Assembly: GCA_965200315.1 (NCBI GenBank) | Contig: OZ241362.1 | Location: forward strand, 640,001-704,000 | Direction: 5' to 3' | Source: Candidatus Latescibacterota bacterium | Lineage (GTDB): Bacteria > Latescibacterota > UBA2968 > UBA8231 | DNA length: 64,000 bases | Shown: positions 1 to 9,824 of the stretch, piece by piece | How positions within the stretch are numbered: position 1 is the stretch's first letter | Layout: each line of letters opens with the position of its first letter | Notes under the pieces: generated by a model | What the model was told of the DNA's origin: nothing | The model's database searches: none | Seen by the model: the letters and a program-made list of their open reading frames with translations, nothing else | Program-made: the position numbers and the translations under genes

Positions 1-1337
1 GTGGCAAAATCCGCATAGAGGCCGCCGCCAACGCCAGCCAACAACGCCGCTCCTACCGCCGACAGATCATCGGTGGCGATCCGCACCACGTCGCGCCCCA
101 AAATATCGGCCTGAATTTGCCGCCACACCTCCGAGTGCGAGCCGCCCTCGCCGATCCGCAGCTCGTCGATGGGCAAGCCAATTTCGGCAAAGCAGTCAAG
201 CGAGTGCCGCAAGTCGAAGACGACCCCCTCCAGCACCGCCCTCACCAGATGCCCCTTCGTGTGCCCCAACGACAGCCCGACAAAGCCGCCACGGGCGCGG
301 GCGTCGGGACGCGGCGTGGCCCGGCCTTCGAGCCAAGGCATGAAAAACACCCCCTCGGCCCCAGCCGGAACCGCGGCCGCCGCATCTGTCAATTCCTCGT
401 AGCTACCCCCGAACTCCTCCTTGAACCACTTGAGCGAGGCTCCCCCGGTAAACGAGCAACCCAGCCAAGCGTATTTGCCGGGGATGGGGTGGCACATCGG
501 CCAGAGCTTGTCAAAGGCCCGTGGATCCAGCGTCTCGGCAAAAGCCGTGGCGTGCGCGGCCGTGCCGATCCCCAAGCTGATAATGCCCGGCGCAATCACC
601 CCAGCGCCGAGGATCATGCAGGGCATGTCCCCGCCGCCAGCGACGACAGGCGTGCCCGCGACCAGCCCGGTTTGCTCGGCAGCCGCTTGGGTTACGGCCC
701 CGACCACAGACGGCGAATCGGCCAAGTCCGGGAACAGCCCCATATCGACTTCCAACGCCTCTAAAATTTCTCCGCACCACTGGCGCTCGTGCAGATCAAA
801 AGCCGCAGTTGTCGAGGCATCCGACACCTCGGCGGCTATCTGCCCGGTGAGCCGGTAGCGCAGCCAATCCTTGGGCAGCAGCATCCAGCGGCTCTGCTGG
901 TAAACGTCTGCGGCATGGTCTTTTACCCATAATACCTTCGCCAGCGTATTGACCGGCCCTAACCGCATTAACGTCCGCTCCCGCAGCAAGTCTCCCGCAC
1001 GCTGCTCGGCCCAATCGCACGCTGCTTGCGAGCGGTGATCGAGCCAAATCGGCACCCGCTGTAGGGGCTGCCCGGCGCTATCGACGAATACCGAGCCGTT
1101 GATCTGCCCGGACAAGCCGACGCAGGCGACCTGCGCTGGGTCCATATCGGCGAGCACCTGACGCACAGACACACACAGCCCTCGCCACCAATCCGCCGGG
1201 TCCTGCTCGACCCACTTAGGATGCGGCTTGTAGAGCGGATACTCGGCCTGCCCGCGGCCAATGAGGTCGCCCGCCTCGTCGAGGAGGACGGCCTTGGTGC
1301 TGCCCGTGCCCAAGTCAATGCCCAGTGCGTAGCGCAT
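1..1337 (-). CDS. FGGY-family carbohydrate kinase (xylulokinase-like), 3' end runs off the window
   Basis: Manual translation from ATG at 1337: MRYALGIDLGTGSTKAVLLD...WVEQDPADWW...GLSGQING...IWLDHRS...LLPKDWLRYRLTG...SDAS...VVAGGGD; absent from the ORF track because its stop is outside the window. Confidence 0.9.
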   Translation of the reverse strand, partial: MRYALGIDLGTGSTKAVLLDEAGDLIGRGQAEYPLYKPHPKWVEQDPADWWRGLCVSVRQVLADMDPAQVACVGLSGQINGSVFVDSAGQPLQRVPIWLDHRSQAACDWAEQRAGDLLRERTLMRLGPVNTLAKVLWVKDHAADVYQQSRWMLLPKDWLRYRLTGQIAAEVSDASTTAAFDLHERQWCGEILEALEVDMGLFPDLADSPSVVGAVTQAAAEQTGLVAGTPVVAGGGDMPCMILGAGVIAPGIISLGIGTAAHATAFAETLDPRAFDKLWPMCHPIPGKYAWLGCSFTGGASLKWFKEEFGGSYEELTDAAAAVPAGAEGVFFMPWLEGRATPRPDARARGGFVGLSLGHTKGHLVRAVLEGVVFDLRHSLDCFAEIGLPIDELRIGEGGSHSEVWRQIQADILGRDVVRIATDDLSAVGAALLAGVGGGLYADFA

Positions 1338-1346
1338 CTGACCCTC

Positions 1347-2596
1347 CTATCCGAACCGATCTACGTTGCACAAACTCAGATCAAAACCCGGCTCCTCACC
1401 CTGCACCACCCTCGAGGTCACCGCCCCGGTCACCGCCCCCAGCGAAACCCCAATCATGGCATGCCCCGCGGCTACCGTGAGATTGTCGTAGTCCCGCGGC
1501 CGCCCCAAAAAAGGCAAGCCATCCGGCGTACAGGGCCGCAGGCCCCGCCACACTTCGATTAGCTCAAACGCATCCGGCGTCCACGCCGGTACGTAGCGCG
1601 GCACCGCGTTGACAATCGCGGCGACCCGCCGGCGGTTGATCGACGTATCCATACCCGCCAATTCGAGCGTACCGGCAAAGCGCAGCTTGTCCCCATCGGG
1701 GTGGTGCCGACGCGGGCCTCCACCAACATCAGCGGTACCGCCGGACACGCACTGGGCTTGTGGACGGTGACGCTGTAGCCCTTGGCCGGCTGCACCGGCA
1801 GGGACAGGCCCAACTCGCGGCCCACGCCCGGTGACCACGCCCCGCTGCACAGCACGACTTCGGCCGCGGCAAAATCTCCGCGCGTGGTCTCGACCACTTG
1901 GATGCGACGCCCCTTTTTGCCAAACCCCAACACCTCGGTCTTCTCGTTGAGCTGCGCCCCACGCTCAACGCAACGCGCCGCCAAGGTGCGCACCAAACGC
2001 GCCGGGTCCAAGTGGGCATCTTGCGCGTAAAACGCCCCACCCACGCAGTCCAATTCCACGGCCGCGGCGCACTGCTGCGCCTGTTGGGCATCGACCATTT
2101 CCACCTCTATCCCTACCTCCTGCATCAGCTCGGCCTCTTCGCGGACGCTTGCCATCCCCTGCTCGGTCTTGCACAGCAAGAGCCGCCCCTCGTGCCCAAA
2201 GGCAAAATCCAATTCGGCGGCCAAGCCCTGATAAAGCCGCAAGCTCTCCAAGTGCATGTCGCGCAACAGCGGCATGGCCTGCCGCACCCGCCGCATGGTG
2301 CTGGCCTTGCGGAATTGCCACAGCCAAGCCACAAGGTCGCGATCCCAGCGCCATTTAATGTAGAAGGGGCTGTCCGGGTCGAACATCCACCGCAAACCCT
2401 GGGCAATAACCCCGGGCTCGGCCAGCGGTACGCTATGGCTGGGGACAATAAGCCCGGCGTTGCCGTAGGAACTACCCGCGCAGACCACATCCTTTTCGAC
2501 CACCGTAACCTCGCGGCCCTGCTCTTGGAGAAAGTGCGCCGTGCAGATACCGACGACTCCGCCGCCGATGACCAGCACATCTACCTGTCGCGTCAT
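1347..2596 (-). CDS. FAD-dependent D-amino acid dehydrogenase/oxidase (DadA-like), split by a 1-bp frameshift
   Basis: GGGVVG FAD motif, SSYGNAG, PAKGYS, then WRGLRPCTPDGLP/GHAMIG in a second frame; shift at the C4 run 1691-1694. Confidence 0.85.
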
Positions 2597-2710
2597 AGCC
2601 AAGCCTCTCGTTTGTCCGGCATCTTGACGCCGGTTGTGTTTCGCTCTACGTATTCAGGGAGATTATACGCCGAAAACCGGCATTGAGCTACCAAAAGAAA
2701 GGAACCATCC

Positions 2711-3754
2711 ATGCTAGATCGCGCCGTGCGCATCGGAACGATCGGCTGCGGCACCCAAGCCAACGTCCACTTTGCCGGCATCAAAGCACTCGGCCCCGAC
2801 CAAGCGACCGTTGCCGCCGTCTGCGACCTCGACGACGAGCGCCTCGCCGCCGCTTGCCAGCTCTGGCCTGCAGCCCGCGCCGCCAAAGACTACCGGGCCA
2901 TGCTCGCTGACGGCGACCTCGACTTGGTCATCGTCGCCACCATGCCCAACACGCACGAGGCCATGTCGTTGGCCAGCCTCGACGCCGGGGCCTGCGTACT
3001 GTGCGAAAAGCCCTTTATGATGAATGTCGCCCAAGCCGAAGCCGTCCTCGCCAAAGCCGCAGAGGCTGGGCTACAAGTCCAGCTCGGCACCAACATGCGC
3101 TACATGCCAAGTTCGCGGTATTTGCACGATTTAGTCCAAGGCGGCACCATCGGCGCACCCATATTCGCCAAGGCATGGGGCTGCCACCACGACCCGCCGG
3201 TCTGGGGGCCGCACTACCACCTCGCCACCTCTGGCGGCGGCGTCCTCGCCTCGACCTTGGTCCACACGCTCGACTTGGCACTGTGGATCGGCGGCTCGCC
3301 CAATCCGCTCACCGTCAGCGCGGCGACCCGACGTCTCTTCCCCGGCAAGCGCGGGCCCAAAATCGACGACGCCATCCACGCGCGCTACGACGCCGAAGAC
3401 CTCATCAGCGCCTTGGTGCGCTTTGACAACGGCGCGTTTTACTCCTTGGAGGGCAACTGGTGTAGCGAAAAGACCGACTTCCACAGCTTTGAGCTGACCA
3501 CCACCCGCGCCACAGTGACCGGCGCACCTTTTGCGGTTCAGGTCGACGTCGAAGGCGAGATCGTCGATCAGACGCCCCAACTCGACAGCGACGACTGGTT
3601 CCGCAGCGTCCACACCCAAGACGCCACCCTCATCGCCCAACTCCGCGCCGGCCAGCCTTGGGACATGCAGGACGCCCGCCAGCTCCTCAACCTGCAAAAA
3701 GTCGTCGATGCCTGTTACGAGTCGGCACACACGGACCGCGAGGTGGTGCTCTAG
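2711..3754 (+). CDS. Gfo/Idh/MocA family oxidoreductase
   Basis: IGCG Rossmann motif, VLCEKP, GGGVL; RBS AAAGGA upstream. Confidence 0.9.
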   Translation: MLDRAVRIGTIGCGTQANVHFAGIKALGPDQATVAAVCDLDDERLAAACQLWPAARAAKDYRAMLADGDLDLVIVATMPNTHEAMSLASLDAGACVLCEKPFMMNVAQAEAVLAKAAEAGLQVQLGTNMRYMPSSRYLHDLVQGGTIGAPIFAKAWGCHHDPPVWGPHYHLATSGGGVLASTLVHTLDLALWIGGSPNPLTVSAATRRLFPGKRGPKIDDAIHARYDAEDLISALVRFDNGAFYSLEGNWCSEKTDFHSFELTTTRATVTGAPFAVQVDVEGEIVDQTPQLDSDDWFRSVHTQDATLIAQLRAGQPWDMQDARQLLNLQKVVDACYESAHTDREVVL

Positions 3755-3763
3755 GTGCGTATC
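3745..3763 (+). repeat. Left direct repeat of RM cassette (GGTGCTCTAGGTGCGTATC)
   Basis: 16/19 identical to 5520-5538; spans the TAG of the upstream oxidoreductase. Confidence 0.75.
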
Positions 3764-4591
3764 ATGCTGTCAAAACCTGCATTCGAGGCTGGGCTGAAAA
3801 ACCTAGCAGCCGAATTGACAGCTCACATAAGTATTGAGGATGGCCAATGGTCGATCAAAGGCTTTATCGATACCTACAAGAATGTCTATGCGATCTCGTC
3901 AGATACCAAGCTCATTTCCAAAATTCTGGAGATTCATCTTCTTCCAAAGATACTCTCCTTCGCCAAGCAGAGCGGATTTGACATTGTTCTTGCCCAGCAG
4001 CAGAATTACTATCCAGACATTTCGTTTGTGTCCAAAGATGATGAATCAAGCAAATTTGCAGTAGACCTCAAGACAACTTACCGCAACCCCCAAAAGCCTT
4101 GGCTCTGCAACGGCTTTACGCTTGGTTCGCACGGGAAGTACTTTACTGAACGGACCAGTACCAAGAATATCCAGTTTCCTTATGGATCTTATTCCGGGCA
4201 TTTTTGTCTTGGGATCATTTATGACCGCGCAAAGGATGCATCCCTAGACCAAGCGCGACCTCACTCGATTGACAAATTACAATCTATCGCGTCGGCGATC
4301 TCGAACATTCAGTTTTTTGTAGCCGAGAAATGGAAAATCGCTGGCGACAAGGGCGGCTCCGGGAACACGGCGAACATCGGCAGTATACAGCGAATTGACG
4401 ATCTGCTTGCGGAGAACGGAATGTTTGCCAAGCTCGGTGAAGAATGGTTCGATGACTACTGGATGAACTTTGGAAAAATCACCGTTAAGACACAGGCTGG
4501 CGATACAAAGACAATTACTTCCCTTTTAGATTTTGTCAACTATCGCGGTGGCGACCCTTCCCTAATCGTCGCAAGGAACAACTTAGAATGA
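3764..4591 (+). CDS. Type II restriction endonuclease, EcoRV family
   Basis: [18 protein letters not shown]...VDLKTTY (PD...DxK), [22 protein letters not shown] resemble EcoRV; lower GC; alternative GTG start at 3755. Confidence 0.9.
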   Translation: MLSKPAFEAGLKNLAAELTAHISIEDGQWSIKGFIDTYKNVYAISSDTKLISKILEIHLLPKILSFAKQSGFDIVLAQQQNYYPDISFVSKDDESSKFAVDLKTTYRNPQKPWLCNGFTLGSHGKYFTERTSTKNIQFPYGSYSGHFCLGIIYDRAKDASLDQARPHSIDKLQSIASAISNIQFFVAEKWKIAGDKGGSGNTANIGSIQRIDDLLAENGMFAKLGEEWFDDYWMNFGKITVKTQAGDTKTITSLLDFVNYRGGDPSLIVARNNLE

Positions 4592-5529
4592 GCCTTTACC
4601 CAACACTCGTCCCCCCCATAAAGTGCCAAGGCATAAAGACCAAGCTGGTGCCGTGGATTCGATCCGTAATTCCAGGGGACTTTGACGGGAAGTGGATTGA
4701 GCCGTTCATGGGATCTGGCGTAGTCGCCTTTAACATGCGCCCGAGACGAGCACTTTTGTCCGACTCCAATCCGCATTTGATCGACTTCTATCAAGCGATT
4801 GCCGACGGACAGATCACCTCTACTAAGACTCGGCATTTTTTACAAAGAGAAGGAGCCGAACTACTGAGATCCGAAGGCAAGCATTACTACGCAGTCCGGG
4901 ATCGCTTTAATCGACGCCAGAATCCGCTGGACTTTCTGTTTTTGAATCGGGCCGGTTTTAATGGGATGATTCGCTTTAACCGCAAGGGACAGTTCAATGT
5001 TCCGTTTTGCCGTAAGCCCAAGCGGTTTGCCCAAGCATATATCACTAAAATATCCAATCAGGTCCAAGCGGTCGCGGATGCAATTCGCGTTGGAAACTAC
5101 GAGTTCCTATGCCGGGATTTCTCTGCTGTCATTGGCATGGCTCAAGGCGGCGACTTACTGTACTGCGATCCCCCATATATCGGCCGCCACGCGGACTACT
5201 TTAACGGGTGGAACGAAGAGCACGAGCACACATTAGCACATCTGCTATCCTCTGCGCCCTGTCGATTTGTACTTTCGACTTGGCACGGCAATGATTTTCG
5301 GCATAATGCCTTCGTGCACAGTCTTTGGTCGGAATTCCACATTCTGACCCGGGAGCACTTCTATCACATCGGCGCTAAACAGGATAATCGTAACCCCATG
5401 CTCGAAGCCCTAATTACCAATTTTGAGGCCGAATTTTGCGAAGTGCCTAAGTACGCGGTGGAGCAGCTACACTTACTCGAAAGCTCCGCAAAATACAAAG
5501 CAGCCAATCCACAATCGTCGGTGCTTTAG
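4588..5529 (+). CDS. Dam/D12-class N6-adenine DNA methyltransferase (M.EcoRV-like)
   Basis: EPFMGSGVV motif [21 protein letters not shown] motif IV; ATGA overlap with the endonuclease. Confidence 0.93.
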   Translation: MSLYPTLVPPIKCQGIKTKLVPWIRSVIPGDFDGKWIEPFMGSGVVAFNMRPRRALLSDSNPHLIDFYQAIADGQITSTKTRHFLQREGAELLRSEGKHYYAVRDRFNRRQNPLDFLFLNRAGFNGMIRFNRKGQFNVPFCRKPKRFAQAYITKISNQVQAVADAIRVGNYEFLCRDFSAVIGMAQGGDLLYCDPPYIGRHADYFNGWNEEHEHTLAHLLSSAPCRFVLSTWHGNDFRHNAFVHSLWSEFHILTREHFYHIGAKQDNRNPMLEALITNFEAEFCEVPKYAVEQLHLLESSAKYKAANPQSSVL

Positions 5530-5538
5530 GCACGTATC
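5520..5538 (+). repeat. Right direct repeat of RM cassette (GGTGCTTTAGGCACGTATC)
   Basis: Matches 3745-3763 with three transitions; supplies the methylase stop codon. Confidence 0.75.
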
Positions 5539-5658
5539 CCCTCGGCGACGCGGACCGGAGCTAATTCCTCAACGGCAATTTTTGGCTCGGCCGGCTTGCT
5601 CGCCGGGCGATAGCTGCGCTTGGCAATGCGCGACGGGAAGGGGAACTATACGTGCCTA
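5527..5658. mobile_element. MITE-like element with 11-bp terminal inverted repeats
   Basis: TAGGCACGTAT (5527-5537) and ATACGTGCCTA (5648-5658); inner TCCCCT/AGGGGA also pair. Confidence 0.5.
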
Positions 5659-5695
5659 TAGGTGCCTGTATAACATCGTGCAAGGAGAGCTAACC

Positions 5696-6550
5696 ATGGT
5701 AGGAAAGCAGCCCAACGCTTGGACGCCCGCCGAGGCCCACAGCACAGCCGCCCTGCTGCACAGCCTGCCCCGCCCGCTCACCGCCTTGGCCGCCGGCGAC
5801 GTCCCCGCCGTAGTTCTGCGCGGAGCCTACCCGCCCGATCATTGCCGCGGCTTGATGCGCCGCTTTGCCGAGCGGGGCTATTTCGATCCGGCCACCGTAG
5901 GCCAAGCTGCCCAACTCAGCGGCGGCCCCTATCTCGACTTGGGCACCAGCCTCGGCCGGCTTGGAGCCGATCCAGATGCTTTCTTCGCCCACGCCGCCCA
6001 CACCCACGAGTTGTTCGCTACGCTCTTTGCGGGATTTGCCGACCCGGTGCGCACGCTGTACGCCGCCCTGTCCGACTTAGCCGAGGGCAAGGTCGTGCAA
6101 ACGGCGCACGAACCAGATGGGCGGCAGTACGGACCGGCCATCTTCCGCATGTATCACGCCGCCGAAGGGCACCGGCCCCACTACGACTCGGTCGCCAAGC
6201 GTTCCCGCCCCGGCCACGAATACGCAGTCGCCGACTTCCAGCACCAATTCGCCGGGGTGTTGTGCTTGCAGACCGGCAGCGAAACAAGCACCGACGAACC
6301 CTTTATCTACCGCTGCTGGGGCCCCCAGCCCCACGTCGAGGAAGTCCTGCGCCAAGACCGCTTCGCCGAGTACGTGGCCGAGCACCACATCCCCCGCGTC
6401 CAAGTGCGGCTAACGCCGGGCGATCTCTACTTCTTCTGCACCGAAAACATCCACGAAGTCGAGCGCCGCGTACGCCAACGCCGCCGCGTCGTGCTGGCCT
6501 TTTTCTTCGCCATGTCGGCGGACAAACCAGCGATTTTCGTCTGGTCCTAG
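5696..6550 (+). CDS. Putative Fe(II)/2OG-dependent oxygenase
   Basis: RBS AAGGAG; HYD...H facial-triad pattern (PHYDS...PGDLYFF..ENIHEV...RRVV). Confidence 0.65.
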   Translation: MVGKQPNAWTPAEAHSTAALLHSLPRPLTALAAGDVPAVVLRGAYPPDHCRGLMRRFAERGYFDPATVGQAAQLSGGPYLDLGTSLGRLGADPDAFFAHAAHTHELFATLFAGFADPVRTLYAALSDLAEGKVVQTAHEPDGRQYGPAIFRMYHAAEGHRPHYDSVAKRSRPGHEYAVADFQHQFAGVLCLQTGSETSTDEPFIYRCWGPQPHVEEVLRQDRFAEYVAEHHIPRVQVRLTPGDLYFFCTENIHEVERRVRQRRRVVLAFFFAMSADKPAIFVWS

Positions 6551-6663
6551 GGGAACTTGGCGTCGGCCCGATGTTTTGCGGCCTCCCCGCCAATTGACAA
6601 GCTACCCTCAGCCCACAGATGCAAACAGGACACGGCCTAATCCCAGCCTCAAGACAATGCCGA

Positions 6664-6742
6664 TGTCTGACTTTGATACCATTTCAAATACTTGATTCAA
6701 CACTACCCCGACGATTTCGTCCGCTTCACCCTCGGTCGCGCA
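6664..6742 (+). pseudogene. N-terminal remnant of an Rpn/DUF4351-like protein
   Basis: MSDFDTIS[fs]KYLIQHYPDDFVRFTLGR parallels MAEFDSVSKSLVSTYPQGVLEFLLGQ of the intact paralogue starting at 43141. Confidence 0.7.
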
Positions 6743-6829
6743 TACCTCGGGCGTACTCGTATCAGCAGGACCCATCTGTTAGGGACTCTTAGCTTGCGCT
6801 TCCCAACGTATCTAAGCATTGTAAGCATT

Positions 6830-6848
6830 ATACTCAGTTATTGAGTAT
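6830..6848. promoter_or_regulatory. Palindromic operator candidate upstream of Panacea gene
   Basis: ATACTCA-gttat-TGAGTAT perfect 7-bp inverted repeat about 45 bp before the start. Confidence 0.45.
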
Positions 6849-6891
6849 TCATTTGTTCAGTATATAGCCCCCGGCATAGGAGAGAAAGGAC

Positions 6892-7395
6892 ATGGGATAC
6901 TCAGCCAAGGCGATAGCGAATTATTTTTTTTCAAAGGGCCAAAAAGAAAAAAAGCCGATTACGCCTTTGAAGATGCAAAAACTCGTCTATGTTGCCCATG
7001 GATGGCATCTTGGAATAGAGAGCCAACCGCTTATTGATGATGAGTATGTTGAGGCTTGGGATTTTGGTCCTGTTTTTCCTTCTCTCTACCACGAGTTCAA
7101 GCACTTCAAGAATAATCCGGTTGCGGAACCCGCTGAAGAGTTGATAATCGACGAGCATCCATTGGATTTGAAAATTTACACCCCTAAAGTTCAGGAGGAA
7201 GATAAGGAGCTAATGAAGTTCCTCGATCAAATATGGGAAGTTTATAGTAAGTACTCTGGCTCACGACTATCCACTATGAGTCACGGAAAAGGAACGCCTT
7301 GGAGTAATACGCGCCAGAAGGTCGGGAAGATTAGAAATGCCCCCATTGATAATAAAGAGATAGAAGAATTCTATAAAAAAAAACTTAAAAGATAG
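6892..7395 (+). CDS. Panacea-domain (DUF4065/SocA-like) antitoxin
   Basis: AIANYF, TPLKMQKLVY, EAWDFGPV.PSLY, LSTMSH..GTPW; AT-rich. Confidence 0.92.
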   Translation: MGYSAKAIANYFFSKGQKEKKPITPLKMQKLVYVAHGWHLGIESQPLIDDEYVEAWDFGPVFPSLYHEFKHFKNNPVAEPAEELIIDEHPLDLKIYTPKVQEEDKELMKFLDQIWEVYSKYSGSRLSTMSHGKGTPWSNTRQKVGKIRNAPIDNKEIEEFYKKKLKR

Positions 7396-7440
7396 TCAAA
7401 CAGCCTTCGCATTAAGCATTTTTCATAGGGTGAGATGTCA

Positions 7441-7457
7441 TTCAGACAGCCTCTAAG
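7441..7457. mobile_element. Isolated IS5-family terminal repeat (scar)
   Basis: TTCAGACAGCCTC-TAA resembles the ends of the MITE at 34860-34985. Confidence 0.45.
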
Positions 7458-7459
7458 AA

Positions 7460-7859
7460 ATGAATGTACCTACTGATTTAGAGAAACTTCTTGACTCCGA
7501 AGAAAAGGAAGAAGGAGACGATACGGTTGACGATCTTCTTTATGAGAGAATTTTATACCCTACTAATAAGAGAGATCGAGCGGATATACTACTAGGGGGC
7601 TTATCTGATTATATAAAAATGAGACGCCGGTACGGGTACTGGATTGTCTTTCTCAACTTCACTATGGATTATTGCTGTTTTGGCTGTTGTTTTTCTTCAA
7701 GGATTCTCAGTAAAAGGATTTGTTCTTACTGACTCTGTACTTATGCTGCTGCTCGGCACAACAACGGCAAATATAATTGGACTCTTTATTATTGTTGCCA
7801 ACTACCTGTTTCCCAAAAATGCGCGAGACTTGCTTGATTCTTCCGAAAGTGGCGACTGA
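7460..7859 (+). pseudogene. Two-TM membrane protein, candidate Panacea-paired toxin, frameshifted
   Basis: ORFs 7460-7732 and 7644-7859 join near 7648-7652 into an acidic N-terminus, MRRRYGYWI, TM1, then LTDSVLMLLLGTTTANIIGLFIIVANYLFP. Confidence 0.7.
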
Positions 7860-7989
7860 TAATCCTACCTAATCCTATCCGTACCACGGCCCGTCACTCC
7901 TACGCATCACTCTGATGAAGCGTCCTTGCGTCTTTGCGTTAAAGCCCTCCCCAATAACGGTGTACCTAGCCAAGGCCCCTGCTTCTGCG

Positions 7990-8350
7990 CTAGTGCCGCG
8001 TCGTCAGTAGCGGTTCACATGTTCGCCAACTGCTCAACCGCATTTGCAGCGTCGGGAAGCCCTAGCAGGTCGGCCATTAGGCGTCGATCTATCTCGCGGC
8101 GAACCGGGTCGGTAGTTAGGTTGGCGAAACCGGCTAGGGGTTTGTCGGCCAAATCAGCGAAAACTTGCTTGCCGACCCCTAGCTGGTCGTCCGTTAGATG
8201 GGTTGGGTCTAGAATCCGCAAGGTGCATGCCAGTTCGTGCGGCAGACTGCTGCGGCCAAGATAGGGCCGATTCGCGTGAACGATTCGCAGCAACAAACCA
8301 AGGGTGCTGTTGAGCCATAAGCACAGCACCTCTTTGCCGCCGACCGGCCC
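7990..8350 (-). pseudogene. C-terminal remnant of a fused (type IIG-like) restriction-modification protein
   Basis: LCLWLNSTLGLLL...LRILD...L.DDQL...DPVRREIDRRL..LLGLP is typical of N6-MTase/REase fusion C-termini; no N-terminus. Confidence 0.55.
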
Positions 8351-8353
8351 TGC

Positions 8354-8742
8354 GCCCAGTGCCACGCCTCAACCTTGGCGCCGCTCAAAAACGGCGCGTT
8401 TCTCGCCGCGTGGTTTGCTGGCACCCGCGAGGGCCACGCGGATGTCGGGGTCTGGGGAGCCGAGCGCCGACACGGGCGTTGGTAGGCCCCGCGCTGCTTG
8501 GCCAAGGTGCGGGACTGCGCCCACTGGAATCCAGTGCTTCACGCCAGCGGCGACGGCGGCGTCTATCTGTTCTTCAAGGTGGGCGAGCGGATCGCCGCTT
8601 GGACTTAGAAACCGCCGGCGGCGAGTACTCCTATCCGGCGATTATCCCTACCCAAGTCGGCATGGCCATAACCTATACTTGGCAGCGCGAGCGGATCGCG
8701 TTCTGGCACGGGTCGGTAGAACAAGTGCCTAATACCGGCTAG
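8354..8742 (+). pseudogene. Sialidase/BNR-repeat protein remnant with internal deletion
   Basis: QCHASTL...AAWFAGTREGHADV...(TAG)...HWNPVL...LFFKVG joined directly to GEYSYPAII...TYTWQRERI. Confidence 0.85.
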
Positions 8743-9803
8743 CCCGCCGGCTGCATGTCCTCCCCGCGCAGCAGGAAGGCGCGGATGTCGTAGCGGCCCG
8801 GGCGCTCTACCGGCAGCTCCCCGGCCTCGATCATCACCTCCAGCGGCGAAGCCATCGTCCGCAAGGGCAGTGCGGTCACCTCGTGCCGCCGCGCCGACTC
8901 GTATGTGGCCATGATGATCTCCACTGCCGCCCGGCCGTTTTCCGCTTGGCCGCGATGCTCGACCTTGCCTTCGATCCACTCCACGATCTCGCGCTGCTGC
9001 CCAACGCTGGGGTCCTCACCTGCGCCCGGCCGCTCTTCCCAAGTGCCGGTCTGGCTGTTGAGCAGCCGCACCTTGCTCTCGTCGAGTTCCATTATGCCCT
9101 CCGAGCCGTAGAAAACCCCGCCCTGGTAGTTCGGACCGGCCAGCTCCTGCAAAAGCTGGCCGATGGCCCCGTTGTCGAACTGCACGATACACAGGCTGCG
9201 ATCCTCAATGGGGATGTCGCGCTCAAAGCGCTCGGTCTTGCGCTCGATATTGCCCATCACCCACACGGCCTGCGGATCGCCCATCACGTAGCGCATCATG
9301 TCCAACAGGTGCGAGCAATCGTTGAGCAAACCCTGTCCGCCGCGCGCGTTGACCTGCCGCACCTCGCCGATGGCCCCTGCTGCCACCAGTTCCTTGGCCA
9401 AAGTCCACGCCGGATTGAAGCGACGCTGATGGGCAATGGCCAGCTTGACGCGGTTGCGCTGGGCCGCGATGAGCATGTCGTCGCAATCGCCCAGACTAGT
9501 CGCCATAGGCTTTTCGCACAGCACGGCTTTGGGCTTGCGCGCACAAGCGGCAATCGTCATCGGCGCGTGCAACTTGTGCCAAGTGCAAATCGAGACGATG
9601 TCGAGCGCCTCCGCGTCGAGCATCTGGCGGAAATCCTCGTAGCGTTGAGCGATCCCATGCCGCTGGCCGAACTCCTCGCGGACCTCAGCTACCGGGTCGG
9701 CCAGCGCCACCACCTCGACTTGGTCCACCTCGTTCCAGCCTTGTATATGGTAGCCGGCGATGCTGCCACAGCCGATAATGCCCACTCGATACTTTTCTGC
9801 CAT
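8739..9803 (-). CDS. Gfo/Idh/MocA family oxidoreductase
   Basis: GIIGCGSIA, VLCEKPMA, HQRRF. Confidence 0.92.
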   Translation of the reverse strand: MAEKYRVGIIGCGSIAGYHIQGWNEVDQVEVVALADPVAEVREEFGQRHGIAQRYEDFRQMLDAEALDIVSICTWHKLHAPMTIAACARKPKAVLCEKPMATSLGDCDDMLIAAQRNRVKLAIAHQRRFNPAWTLAKELVAAGAIGEVRQVNARGGQGLLNDCSHLLDMMRYVMGDPQAVWVMGNIERKTERFERDIPIEDRSLCIVQFDNGAIGQLLQELAGPNYQGGVFYGSEGIMELDESKVRLLNSQTGTWEERPGAGEDPSVGQQREIVEWIEGKVEHRGQAENGRAAVEIIMATYESARRHEVTALPLRTMASPLEVMIEAGELPVERPGRYDIRAFLLRGEDMQPAG

Positions 9804-9824
9804 GTCGTCTTCCTTTGTTGATGG

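Noticed and set aside
117-858. Long plus-strand ORFs here, and similar antisense ORFs at 8883, 10416, 16478 and 43711
   Set aside because: Shadow ORFs opposite recognisable genes in GC-rich DNA.
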